Origin: Octopus vulgaris
Taxonomy: Eukaryota
Direction: 5' to 3'
NCBI GenBank assembly: GCA_951406725.2
Contig: OX597814.1
Coordinates: 13,578,001 to 13,642,000, forward strand
DNA length: 64,000 bases
In this document: piece after piece, positions 1 through 12,099 of the stretch
Numbering within the stretch: the first letter of the stretch is position 1
Layout of the letters: each line of letters begins with the position of its first letter
Notes under the pieces: generated by a model
What the model was told of the DNA's origin: nothing
What the model saw: the letters and a program-made list of their open reading frames with translations, nothing else
Databases searched by the model: none
Program-made: the position numbers and the translations under genes

Positions 1-683
1 CTCATTGTGACGAATAAATATTTCCTTTCCCTGATTTTTTCCCTTTTCTGCTTTTTTTTTCATTTTCTGCTCTTCAGCAACACTGAATTTTTTTATTGTT
101 CTCACTGACACATTCCACCCGCTAAGTTGATCTTCCTTTAAGTACCTCTCATTTTACTGCCTGTTCTAATTCATGCTTACACTTCACTTGCTTACCACCT
201 CTCTCATACGGTGGTTATGTTCAAACTGCACTCGTTACTACAATTAATGCGGGGCAAATTCTAAAATACTTTTTGTTTACAATCTCAATTTCATCACGAA
301 CGTTGCTGAGACGGACGGTTGTTTTAAATCTTTGTTTTTCTTATTTATTATAACACAAAAATCTTTCTCTCTCGTCCTTTTGAAATCTTAGTGAGTGTGA
401 GGGTCTTCTATGCCTTTACTTTCCATGTTTATCGACTGAGAGCTCTGCCTCCATCTTCCTGCCCATACAGAGGCACAAACTCACACCCAACATGCACCCA
501 CACAAACACACACGGATATACATATATCAGAAAAAAACTATTGGAAGTTGTGTAAATTTAAATATGAAATATCAAGGTATTGACATTGCTTTGATGTAGA
601 AATATGGGTGAAAATGTTAATTTATTTCACAATATTTCGATTTTACAAACTTTTATTTATGATTCGTAAACTTTGTACACATA

Positions 684-849
684 GGCGCAGGAATGGCTGT
701 GTGGTAAGTAGCTTGTTTACCAACCACATGGTTTCGGGTTCAGTGGGCCCCACTGCGTGGCACCTTGGGCAAGTGTCTTCTGCTATAGCCTCGGGTCGAC
801 CAAAGCCTTGTGAGTGGATTTGGTAGACGGAAACTGAAAGAAGCCCGTC

Positions 850-904
<55 letters not shown>

Positions 905-1120
905 CGTGTGTGTTTGTGTGTCTGTGTTTGTCCCCCTAGCATTGCTTGACAACCGATGCTGGTGTGTTTATGTCCCCGTTACTTAGCCGTTCGGCAAAAG
1001 AGACCGATAGAATAAGTACTGGGCTTACAAAAGAATAAGTGCCGGGGTCGAATTGCTCGATTAAATGCCGTGCTCCAGCATGGCCGCAGTCAAATGACTG
1101 AAACAAGTAAAAGAAAGAAA
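684..1120 (+). mobile_element. tRNA-derived SINE (family A) with internal (TA)n/(TG)n tract
   Basis: Pol III A-box-like TGGCTGTGTGG and B-box-like GGGTTCAGT, then CCTTGGGCAAG. Internal microsatellite ~851-930, conserved 3' body and (GAAA)n tail. A closely similar copy lies on the minus strand at 52941-53345. Confidence 0.85.
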
Positions 1121-3419
1121 GAAAAGAAATATATTTTACTCGTTGAGACTGAAAGGTGTGTTGAGGATGTAAATTTATATGTGCATCTTTATTGCTCAAG
1201 CAAATTTTACCAGCCACTCTTTATAACTGCAACTTGTTGGATCAGCAGTTTTCAGTTGGTGAATCGACTTTTTCTGATCATTCCTGTTTGTTTATGTAAT
1301 TGATCTACGAATGCTAGTCTGGTAGCTTGCAAATCGAAAATCAGTAGATATGGCTGACAACAACGCCATGTAATTTGATCATGATTATTAGATACGTTTT
1401 ATGTTACCCTGTTGTATACATTTAAAAAATTATTCCATAACAGTGTAAAGGAAATCTTAATTGGCATTGTAATTTTATATTTGCAGCTTGATTGAATAGG
1501 TGCTTGGAAAATTTGTTCATCTACGTTTATGCATTAGTATATAAAATGCGTTTGATTCCTGAAGTAAGCGAAATATTTGCTAACAAAAATGAGCAATCAC
1601 CATAGCGTTATAGTTAAACAGAAATAGATACGAGAGAAATTAATTTATTTATACAATAGTTAATTAATAACTTCACATGATGTTAATCTCTAACTTCCCC
1701 CATGTGAATCCTATGCTGACAGCTTTTGATTTGATTATTAAATGTTTTATTTAATTCGTATTTTAATATATTTTCCCGAAAATAAGCTTTATTTTGAATA
1801 ATTCATTTCTACTGTCTATCCACAGTGTATGATTATACACATGACGATAGATATTCATTCTGCGCAGGGGCGTTACGAATTTATTGACATACCCTTTCCC
1901 GCTTAATGTTGCTGATTTTGAATTTTATATAAGCTACTATTATTCTGTTTAACATTACAAGTGGGGCGGAAATTTTTAACACCGTGGGCAAAATGCTAAG
2001 CAGCATACTCATTTTTTAAAATCAGATCGTATTCTCTGTGCCAACTTGTGTCATAGACGCATTAAGCTTCCTAGACTTAGTGTTAGCTGTAGCTTAGAAG
2101 AACAAAACAGTAATTTATATAAATATGGACTTGGTACCAGTTCAAATATGCTTTAAAATGTTCGAAAGAGAACGGTCAGTCACTGCATTCTATCACTGAG
2201 AAATATCCTGAAAGGGAACAATTAGTCGTAAACACAGGCAGTTAGTTCGGTGAACGTCTTTCCAGATGGATGGACATAGTTGGTTCAAAATATTAATTAT
2301 CTCATCAATAACGACAACGTGGTTTGAATACCTTTCAAACATATTTGAGCTGGTAACATGTATATAATTTTATATATAGCTGCCCAGCGCTTCGAGTTCA
2401 TAATTACCTACGGTCGTGCTGCAGAGTATCGCCACTTGTCAAAATATTTTGATAGGAAAATAATAAGAGTGTTAGACCGGATGAAAAGAAACCTACTTCG
2501 AAATGGCTGTATCCCTCGATCTCACAGAGTGAGTCTACACACTTTTGTTGCAGCAAGAATATTTCTTCACAACAAAATGATTTCGAATAGTTTACAGACG
2601 TATATAAAACTGGTAACAAGTGTATATTAATATTATCTCAGTAAATATATACGGTCATACATTAGTTACAGAATACGGAAAATATTACATAATCAACAAC
2701 AATGAAGAGGAAAAACTACAATTTTTTTTCATATTTTTAACTTATCAATAATGATTAGTTATACAATAAATAATGCACTTGATTTCTGGACCAGTGAATA
2801 TTACACAGATAGTTACCAACGACTAGTATACATACAATTAGTTCTGTAACGTTATGGCGTGATAGTTTATATTTTCCTTCTCTGCAATATAACTGACGCC
2901 AATGAATCTAGACAATTAGTAGGCATCAAGCACTATCATACCTAGTGTAACCGTTGTAAAAAAAATGTTTATTGTAAGTTTAAAAACTGAATATTATAAT
3001 CGGAAGAAAATTATTTTGCTTGGGTGCAACTATTCGGTGTGTTGAATGTTTCCAATCCTTGTTCCGATCACAACCAAATACCAAACACAGTGTTTGAAAA
3101 ATATATCGAGGTGTATTTGCTAAAAGTACACTGGTTCCTAAACAACAGTTTCGGTAAAGAATAAGTGCTTTCAAAAGGTAAATGTGGTGTCATATATTCA
3201 ACGTCGTTATTAAGACTACGGAGAAGAAGAATCAATATTTTATTCTACAAGAAACGGGCTTCCTTGTAGACGGATGTTTTATTTGGTCTGCTTTTTTTGT
3301 TTGTTATTAACAATTTAAATATTTTCTAAAGCAAAATATAAGAAGCCACCATCTCTTTCTCAAGAAAGTTTTAAGTAGAAATCCAACTAGGTAATGTACA
3401 CACACGTAAAATCCAAAAC

Positions 3420-5932
3420 CCGATAGGCACTCCGGCCACCTTGTGATTTCTGATACCAAATCCGCCGCTGTTCATTGAAATCCACACCAGCGTGCACCTG
3501 CATTTCCCAATCCATACTCAGATAATCCCTTAGAATGGAACACATGGACCAGGACACGTCACATTAACTGGTTCCTCCCGTTTTGCCCTTAATGTTCAGA
3601 CTAGAGTTGCTAAGCTATCCTTTGCTCTACTGGAAAAATATTTCCCTAGATTCAGCCTTCTTAGAAAAATCTTCAATCCCCAATCGATTAAATTTTCCTA
3701 CTTCACCACAACTAGTATTGCCTGTATAATTCGCCGTCTGAACAATACAAAATCTTTGTAAATAGCAATTAATTAACGTTAATCACACTAACACCTGACC
3801 TCCAGCGCCCTAACCCCTGCCCCGTTACTCTAGAGCATCCTTAAAACTCCTTACGAGACACCGACCTACAAGACCACCATTCCTTAATCCTAATACCCCA
3901 CCAAATAATTTTCACCAGCTTTGCGATCCGGCTATACCCACATCGAAATAGACAAGGATAGGAATAATATCATTAGACACAAGAGTTATTATAAACTATT
4001 TCCCAGGACGAGTCCCTCACCACTCTAAATATACCAATCCTAACGGCAATATCAATAATGCATATAACACCAGGTTAAACCAAATAATCATAACTCTGCG
4101 AATTCCACTTTAGTACATTCTAAAATCCTCATGTCCCTCAGATAATAGTTACGTCACAAAAAAATCTTATAATAATTCTGCTTGTTCCTCCGTTACTTGG
4201 ATGTCCGTAACGCTTCCATGGCATTAGTTGAAGGGACAGAAGGAATTGGAATGGGAAGGGTTAGGAATGCGATTGGAGAGGGGACAAGGGTAGTTGAGGG
4301 GGAGAGGGAAAGAGGAATGGGGGCAGGGAGTGGAAGAGAGACGGAGAAGGAGTATGCTGTGAGGGGAGAGATGAAGAGGGGAAAGGGAGGGGAAACATGG
4401 GGATGGGAGGTGGAGGTGGGGAATGGGAGTGGGATTGTGAGGCGATGGTGATTAAAACGTGTAATTTTTTAACAAAGTTTTTTTCACGTGATTGTGTGAA
4501 AGGAAAGGCGAAAAACGAAATAAAAAAAGAGAAAGAAAATAAAGAGTAAGGCGAACAGTGAGAGAGAAAGGAGGAGAATGCTGTGTATTTTGTAACTTTA
4601 TAAACTTGTGCATGAAGTACCAATTTTGCATATATAAAGTGCATTAATTAACCACCTTATTCCAATTTCCTTCAGTACTCAATTATTAGCAGATGAGTGA
4701 CTATCTTTTGATACAGACATAACACAGGCTACGCTTTCAGAGTTTGGATAAAGTCTTCAGGAATATTCTAATAATAATTGCATGATATATTCACGAGCCC
4801 TGCTAGTTGGATATAAATGTATGTATCAACGGAATAATCCAATTACGTGTATATCACCTTCTGTAGCATCATCTTCAAGGCCAGTTGGCAATCACAATTC
4901 TAGCTTTAAATCTCAAACGAGATCTAATAGCAATTCTTTATCTCGGCTCATATATAACCTAAAACAAAACTCCGTTATAAATAATTTAAAATGGTCCGTC
5001 GTTATCTAAGACAAACCTTATGAGGGATATAACGACAAATGCCATGTCTGCATTGAAGAAGTCTCATCTATTATGGAATGCAGCAATTGTGAGAATGAAC
5101 AGAGCCGTCTAATTCTTATTTGCAAACATACGCTAAGTAAAACATTCTCAAGGTACAAATAATTGCGCCCTCCTCAACTATTCTGTAACTTTTCCTCCAA
5201 CCTCACTCGAAGCCTTTCTATATATTCATTTCATACAACTTCTCTAGCTACCTTTATATTTTCTTAACCTCGTGACCTCCCTATATTTTCCTCTCTCGAC
5301 ATGAGAATATACAGGCACGTACGGTACAACAGGTACATAGAGGAAAATATGCACATGCGCGCAGATATGCGAATATATACATTCACAGTTAAGTGGTTTA
5401 CCAAAAGTTTACCTCGAACTACTGTGTTCGTCTTATAACTAATAAATTCATCTACATCTCCCTCTCTTTCTTCCTCCCTCTCTTCTAGCAATTCCACGAT
5501 ACTACAACTGCTAAATAATATCTTCATTACCTTCTCTTGACAATTCTACTTCTAAACGTTCTTTTTTTTTCTTTTCTTTGATTCTTTTGAAACATACATA
5601 ATTGGGTGCGACAATGTTTACTTATTTACCGTTGACAGAGTAAATGGTCCCAGCTTACATTCACAATAACCTTCCCTTTGTGACTTTCAATATAACCGAA
5701 ATCACCCCCTTTTCTCCCTCCCCTTTTCTCAGCAACTTTAGAAAATACTCATTCCTATATTTCATTTCTTCATCCGTATGCTTTTCCATTATTTTTTTTG
5801 GTTTTCACACCGAATTCTTGTTGCACCAATCATTGTAAGTCACATCTGCAAGTTAACTAGAGATCACTTGACGTTAATATAACCTTCATTCAACTTAGGT
5901 ATCTTTGGTCTGACGAGAAGCTAGTGGACCAA
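3420..5932 (+). mobile_element. Degraded Penelope-like element (post-RT linker, GIY-YIG C-terminal remnants, 3' UTR)
   Basis: Interrupted frames give RTRHINWF..FALNVQTRVAKLSFALLEKYFPRFSLLRKIFNPQSIKFSY (~3550-3710). A second stretch gives NHNSSFK..SNSLSRLIYNLKQN..LKWSVV..KPY..KCHVCIEE..CKH (~4890-5130). Both resemble PLE proteins; boundaries approximate. Confidence 0.6.
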
Positions 5933-6034
5933 TAATTATTTCTCATATGCACACATATATATATATATATATGTATATGTATATATATATATAAGAAAAA
6001 AGGTTTGAAAATGCAATTTAAACGATGTTTATTT

Positions 6035-6075
6035 ACTTAACCGGTTTCACTCTTTGGTAAAAGATTGTCAAAAGT
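6035..6075 (-). ncRNA. Candidate minimal hammerhead ribozyme (U3-A8 variant), inverted pLTR copy
   Basis: Reverse complement of the motif at 11055-11095. Confidence 0.55.
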
Positions 6076-6105
6076 TACATTTAAGGAAACATTGAATAAT
6101 ATGGG

Positions 6106-6232
6106 TTCAAAAAAAGTTTTTTACATAATTGTCACATTGAATATTATGCATTCAAAAAAGTTTTTTACATAATTGTCACATTGGATATTATGAATTCAAA
6201 AATGTTTTTTTATACATAATTGTCACATTACA
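6106..6232. repeat. ~45-bp minisatellite x3 inside the PLE pLTR (mirrored at ~10900-11025)
   Basis: Unit TTCAAAAAAGTTTTTTACATAATTGTCACATTGAATATTATGCA repeated about three times. Confidence 0.8.
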
Positions 6233-6848
6233 TGTATAAATATAGTGTTTGGTAACAGAGAAGTTCAATAGTGTGATGAAAATATTTGGGAAAATTTGGC
6301 AGAAAAGGATAAAACAAATATATTATTGGGAATTGGTTGCGTTAATTATTGGTTGTCGCAAATTGTCACATTACATGTATATATATACAATCTTTGGTAT
6401 ATATATACAGCGTTTTGACAGCAAAAATTAAAATGGATTTTTTATACATCTCAGAATATTTTAAGTATGTTTTTACTGACCTGTCAGTATTAGCAGAAAG
6501 GCTGAACTGAGAGAACAGAAGAAGTAGCCAATGTGGTGTATACTTCCCCTTTATGCATGAATGATTTTGGGGTTATCAGGAGGTTAGTATGCGGGTGTGA
6601 ATAGATGTGTCCGTGCCTGCTGGTCAGATAGCGTCTGTTTGTCACACACATATATATACACACAAACACACACACACACAACAACACACACACACACACA
6701 CACACATAGTATACAAACACACACCACATACAAACAACACACACACACACACAGAACACACACACCCACACATACAGCAAAATACCGCAAATAGAAGAAC
6801 CCCCAGGATTCCTTTTTTAGGCAAGGGCATCAGTTTCCACGACACCAG

Positions 6849-9126
6849 ATGGTAGATACCAACCCAGAAAAACCAAAAATAGTGAATCTTTCTAACCTAA
6901 ACCTGTCGACACCACAAATAAAAATCCTTTCAAGAGGACTAAAATTCACCCCAACTCCGCAATACCCTAACCTGAGGGAAATACAGGATGACATCTCGCA
7001 CTTTTGCAGAAAATTACGCCCCACAGACGAATTTTTTGACAGAAAAACTAATAATAACGACGAATCAATGGTCTGTAACAAAAGCAACTATAATCCCATA
7101 AAAGGCAAAAACAAAACCTTAGACAAATTTTGCGATTACATCTCCAACTTCCCTTATGGTGAACTCCCACAACCTAAACTCAAACCCAACACCAGTAAAA
7201 GAGAATGGGAAATCATCCATACGCTACGAGACAATCATGACGTCACAATAAAGGAAGCTGATAAGGGTAGTACGGTCGTTGTTATGAATACTGAGCAATA
7301 TAAAAACTCTGTATCTCTCCTTTTAGAGGATACCACATACTACGAAAGAGTAGTCGACTACCAGCAATCCAAAACAATGACCAATCTGAAGGCACTCATT
7401 TACCAACACCGGAATGACTTGACAGCAAAGGAATGCGACTACATTACTAAATTTAATTGCAAAACCAGCACACTCTATGGGCTTCCAAAAATACACAAGA
7501 GTCAAATTATCACAGAAGCTTGCAAAAAGTCCACTTCAACCTGCATCACTATACCACATCCCACTGATCTCAAACTGAGACCAATAGTGGCAGGCCCAAG
7601 TTGTGAAACACACAGACTTAGCAACTTTATAGATATCATCTTAAAGCCAATACTGAAACACATTCCAAGTATTGTAAGAGATGACCTGGACCTATTAAAC
7701 CATCTCCCCAAACATGCCGATAAAGACACCTTAATCGTTTCTTTTGATGTTATTAATCTTTACACCACAATCCCACATGAATTTGGACTGGAAGCCATTA
7801 AATTCTGGCTGGATAAATATCCCAATGAGATCCCGGAAAGAATTAAAAAAGAATTCATAATTGAGGGCCTCAAATTTATTCTGCAAAACAACTTCATGTA
7901 TTTCCACAACAACACTTACAGACAGGTCTCAGGAACTGCAATGGGTACGAAAGTTGCACCTACCTATGCAAACCTGGTGATGGCCTACCTGGAATCACAT
8001 ATCTATGAAAAATCCAAATATAAGTACGGCCAGTCTTTCCACAAATACCTGTTGGAGAACTGGAAACGCTACTTAGATGATTGCCTCATCCTATGGTCCC
8101 ACACACTCGACCAACTTATAGACTTCAAAAACCTTATCAACAGTGTAAATAACAACATTCAATTCACAATGGAATATAGTCAGGACCAACTCCCTTTTCT
8201 TGACATCCTAATCATTAAAAAAGGCGTCAACATTGAAACTGACATCCATTACAAACCCACTGACTCTAAACAATACCTTCTATTCACCTCCAATCACCCA
8301 AAACACACAAAGACAAATATCCCCTTCAACCTAGCGAGAAGAATCTGCACTATTGTCTCAAATGACACAACACGAAATAGAAGACTCCGGGAACTAAGGG
8401 CAATTCTTCTCGAAAGACATTACCCGGCATCACTAGTAGACAACGGAATAGAACGGGCCAAATCAATCAACATTCAAGACCTTCGAAAACCCAAACACAT
8501 CCACAGTACAGTCAATAGCCTCCCTTATCTCTCAACACACAACCCAAGGAATGCAGAAGCTTACACTATTATATACAACAACATTCCACAACTAAATCAA
8601 GACCCACGCCTGAAAAAAATACTGGCAGCTCATAAAATAATAAAAAGTAAGAGACAACCTAAATCCCTAAAAAACCTCCTCACCAACGCAAAATTACACA
8701 ACACAAACCCACCGCCCACCATCAAAAAATGTGGTCGCCCCAACTGTAAGACCTGCATCCACCTCATTGAGGGATCGTCGTACAAGTTCCACTCGGGACA
8801 CACATTCATCATAAAAAATAACTTCACGTGCGCATCAAAAAATTTACTCTACGTCATAAGGTGTGAAGGATGCCACGAAGACTACATAGGGCAAACAGAG
8901 CCTTACCCTCAGAGACAGAATGACAGTTCACCGACAACAACTGAGGGACCCCTCCACAAGACAGATACCACTAAGTGGACACTTAGACCTTTGTGCACAC
9001 AATAAATCCCCCAAATTCTTAGTCTTCCCACTATACCAGTGCTCGGACAACACCACAGACCAAACACGAATAAATAAGGAAAGTAATCTTATTCAAAAAT
9101 ACAGACCACAACTAAACATACTCTAA
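6849..9126 (+). CDS. PLE reverse transcriptase + GIY-YIG endonuclease (Neptune-like; one frameshift near 8898)
   Basis: RT motifs IKEADKG, LYGLPKIHK, LRPIV, SFDVINLYT, GTAMGT, WKRYLDD, LPFLD. Linker Zn-finger CGRPNCKTC and endonuclease LLYVIRC..YIGQT. The C-terminus (RMTVHRQQ..LSGH..KESNLIQKYRPQLN) continues in ORF 8920-9126. Confidence 0.93.
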
Positions 9127-9279
9127 CATACCCCCTGGAAGCACATCCAGAGCAAGCACACAGGGACGCGCGCACGCTCACAGCATATCGTGCGGGCGGG
9201 CACATGCGCGCATCGGCACGCATAGGACACACTAGCGGGCATTGACCGCACACATACGTGGCATGCACACGCATGCATT

Positions 9280-9505
9280 ATATATATGTAGGTGATGTAT
9301 GTGTGTGAGTGTTGTGTGTGTGTGTGTGTGTGTGTGCACTGTGTGCGTGTGTGTGTATATGTGTGTGTGCGCGCGTTGTGTGTGTGTGTGTGTGCACGTG
9401 TGTATATATGTGTGTGTGTGTGTGCACTGTGTGCGGGTGTGTGTGTATGTGTGTGTGTGTGTGTGTGAGCATTGTGTACGTGTGTATGTATTTACATGTG
9501 TATTT

Positions 9506-9570
<65 letters not shown>

Positions 9571-10051
9571 CATGGTATGTGTGTATATGTTAGTACTTTG
9601 TTTGTGTGTGTGTGCGGCATGTAGAGATATATTTGAGTGTGTACGCTATAGGTTTGTAATTTGTGTGTGTGGGGGGTGGTGAATTTTATATATATATATA
9701 TGTGTGTGTATGTGTGTGAAAAAATATATGTATGTGCATGTATGTATGTATGTATGTGTGTATATATATATATATGTGTGTATATATATATATGTGTGTG
9801 TGTGTATGTGTGTGTGTGTATATTTATTTGCATGTTTATGTGTGTATAAACATGTACATTATTTGCATGCGCATTGTGTATATGTATATTGTATGTATGT
9901 GTATTGTATATGTACGTGTACAATTAAGTGTATATATTTGTGTGTATGTGTGCACTGTATATATGTATATTGTAGGTGTGCTATATATGCATGAATACAT
10001 GTATATGCATTGCGTGTATATATATGTATGCATTGTGTGTGTATGTATGTT

Positions 10052-10084
<33 letters not shown>

Positions 10085-10490
10085 GTATGCGTACGTGTAT
10101 GTGTATGCATTGTATGTATGTGTGTTGTGTGTATATGTGGTACATCTATGTATGTGTATGTAAACACTATTTATATGTATATGTGTATATATGTATATGC
10201 ATTGTCTATATATATATATATTATATGTATGTATTGCGTATGTATATTGCATGCATATATTGTGTATGTATATTACTTACATGCTGTATGTGTGTTGTGT
10301 GTATGTGTGTATATATATGCTAGGTGTATTTGTGTGATATTTATATTATGTATGTATGTGTGCGTGTGTTGTGTGTGTGTGTGTGTGTGTGTTGTTTGTA
10401 TGTGGTGTGTGTTTGTATACTATGTGTGTGTGTGTGTGTGTGTTGTTGTGTGTGTGTGTGTGTTTGTGTGTATATATATGTGTGTGACAA
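9280..10490. repeat. Complex (TG)n/(TA)n/(TATG)n microsatellite inside the PLE 3' region
   Basis: Read directly from sequence. Its distal part is copied into the inverted arm at ~6645-6775. Confidence 0.9.
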
Positions 10491-11054
10491 ACAGACGCTA
10501 TCTGACCAGCAGGCACGGACACATCTATTCACACCCGCATACTAACATCCTGATAACCCCAAAATCATTCATGCATAAAGGGGAAGTATACACCACATTG
10601 GCTACTTCTTCTGTTCTCTCAGTTCAGCCTTTCTGCTAATACTGACAGGTCAGTAAAAACATACTTAAAATATTATGAGATGTATAAAAAATCCATTTTA
10701 ATTTTTGCTGTCAAAACGCTGTATATATATACCAAAGATTGTATATATATACATGTAATGTGACAATTTGCGACAACCAATAATTAACGCAACCAATTCC
10801 CAATAATATATTTGTTTTATCCTTTTCTGCCAAATTTTCCCAAATATTCTCATCACACTATTGAACTTCTCTGTTACCAAATACTATATTTATACATGTA
10901 ATGTGACAATTATGTATAAAAAAACATTTTTTGAATTCATAATATCCAATGTGACAATTATGTAAAAAACTTTTTTGAATGCATAATATTCAATGTGACA
11001 ATTATGTAAAAAACTTTTTTTGAACCCATATTATTCAATGTTTCCTTAAATGTA

Positions 11055-11095
11055 ACTTTTGACAATCTTTTACCAAAGAGTGAAACCGGTTAAGT
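11055..11095 (+). ncRNA. Candidate minimal hammerhead ribozyme (U3-A8 variant) in PLE 3' pLTR
   Basis: ACTT-TTGACAA-TCTTT(TACC)AAAGA-GT-GAAA-CCGG-TT-AAGT. Helix I is ACUU/AAGU and the helix III region AACCGGTT is palindromic. The helix II junction is imperfect. Confidence 0.55.
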
Positions 11096-11172
11096 AAATA
11101 AACATCGTTTAAATTGCATTTTCAAACCTTTTTTCTTATATAATCCCACTCGTGCAATACCCCACAACTCAA

Positions 11173-11257
<85 letters not shown>

Positions 11258-11265
11258 ATGTGTGC

Positions 11266-11305
<40 letters not shown>

Positions 11306-11325
11306 ACACACACACACATATATAT

Positions 11326-11479
11326 GACGGGATTTTTTCGGTTTTCGTCTACGTAATCCACTCACAAGTTTTTGCTCAGACGGCGGCTATAGTGGAAGGC
11401 TCTTTGGCAAGGTGTAACATTGTGGGACTGAACTCGGAACCACGTGGTTGGTAAGCAAGCTACTTACCACACAGCCACT
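11326..11479 (-). mobile_element. SINE family A, 5' half
   Basis: Reverse complement matches ~692-850. Confidence 0.8.
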
Positions 11480-11510
11480 ATATATATATATATATATATA
11501 CATACATACA

Positions 11511-11562
<52 letters not shown>

Positions 11563-12099
11563 ACATACATACATACATACATATATATATACATATATTT
11601 GTACATTCACACACTGGTATACATACACCCTGATAGTACAGACTGGCAAACATACATTGAAGATGGGTACATTGTTACATATCCTCAGTGATAACCACAT
11701 AAGCAATATTTCCTTTTAATACTAAATGTGATAACATTTGAAGAATGGCATGAATAGAAAACAGCATCAACATCGACGACGACATCAACAACAACAATAA
11801 CAACAACAACAACTACACCAGGGACTTTTAACATGTGAAAATAAAAAAAACATTAAACCAAAATCTATCAGAAAATGTCGGGAATAAAAGGAATGAATGA
11901 AACATAAAAATAACGAAGAAAGGTTTGGAGAATACCCGAGTAAGTAATACTTATTAAAATGTAATTGTGTTTTCCAAATGAAATTGTGTGTTATGACTGT
12001 CTAGTGTTTCCATCAATTGTATAACATATGTAAACATGCTTGCCACAGTTTGCTTCCAATCAACAACAGACCCTCTCCGTCCCCAACCATCATACAAAA

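Larger units (their letters stand above)
5989..11177 (+). mobile_element. Near-intact Penelope-like retroelement with inverted pseudo-LTRs
   Basis: RT/GIY-YIG ORF flanked by ~790-bp inverted repeats (~5989-6775 vs ~10350-11142). The right arm has an extra ~35-nt tail, and both ends abut (TA)n. Confidence 0.93.

Noticed and set aside
3244-3270. Hairpin CTACAAG..CTTGTAG as a ribozyme helix II
   Set aside because: No NUGANNA core or GAAA in the right positions on either strand.
4182-4451. G/E/R-rich ORF and G-quadruplex-like purine tract
   Set aside because: Low-complexity sequence within a decayed retroelement region; nothing supports function.
6249-10880. Duplicate 60-aa and ..SVLSVQPFC ORFs on opposite strands
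   Set aside because: A by-product of the inverted pLTR duplication; no coding evidence.
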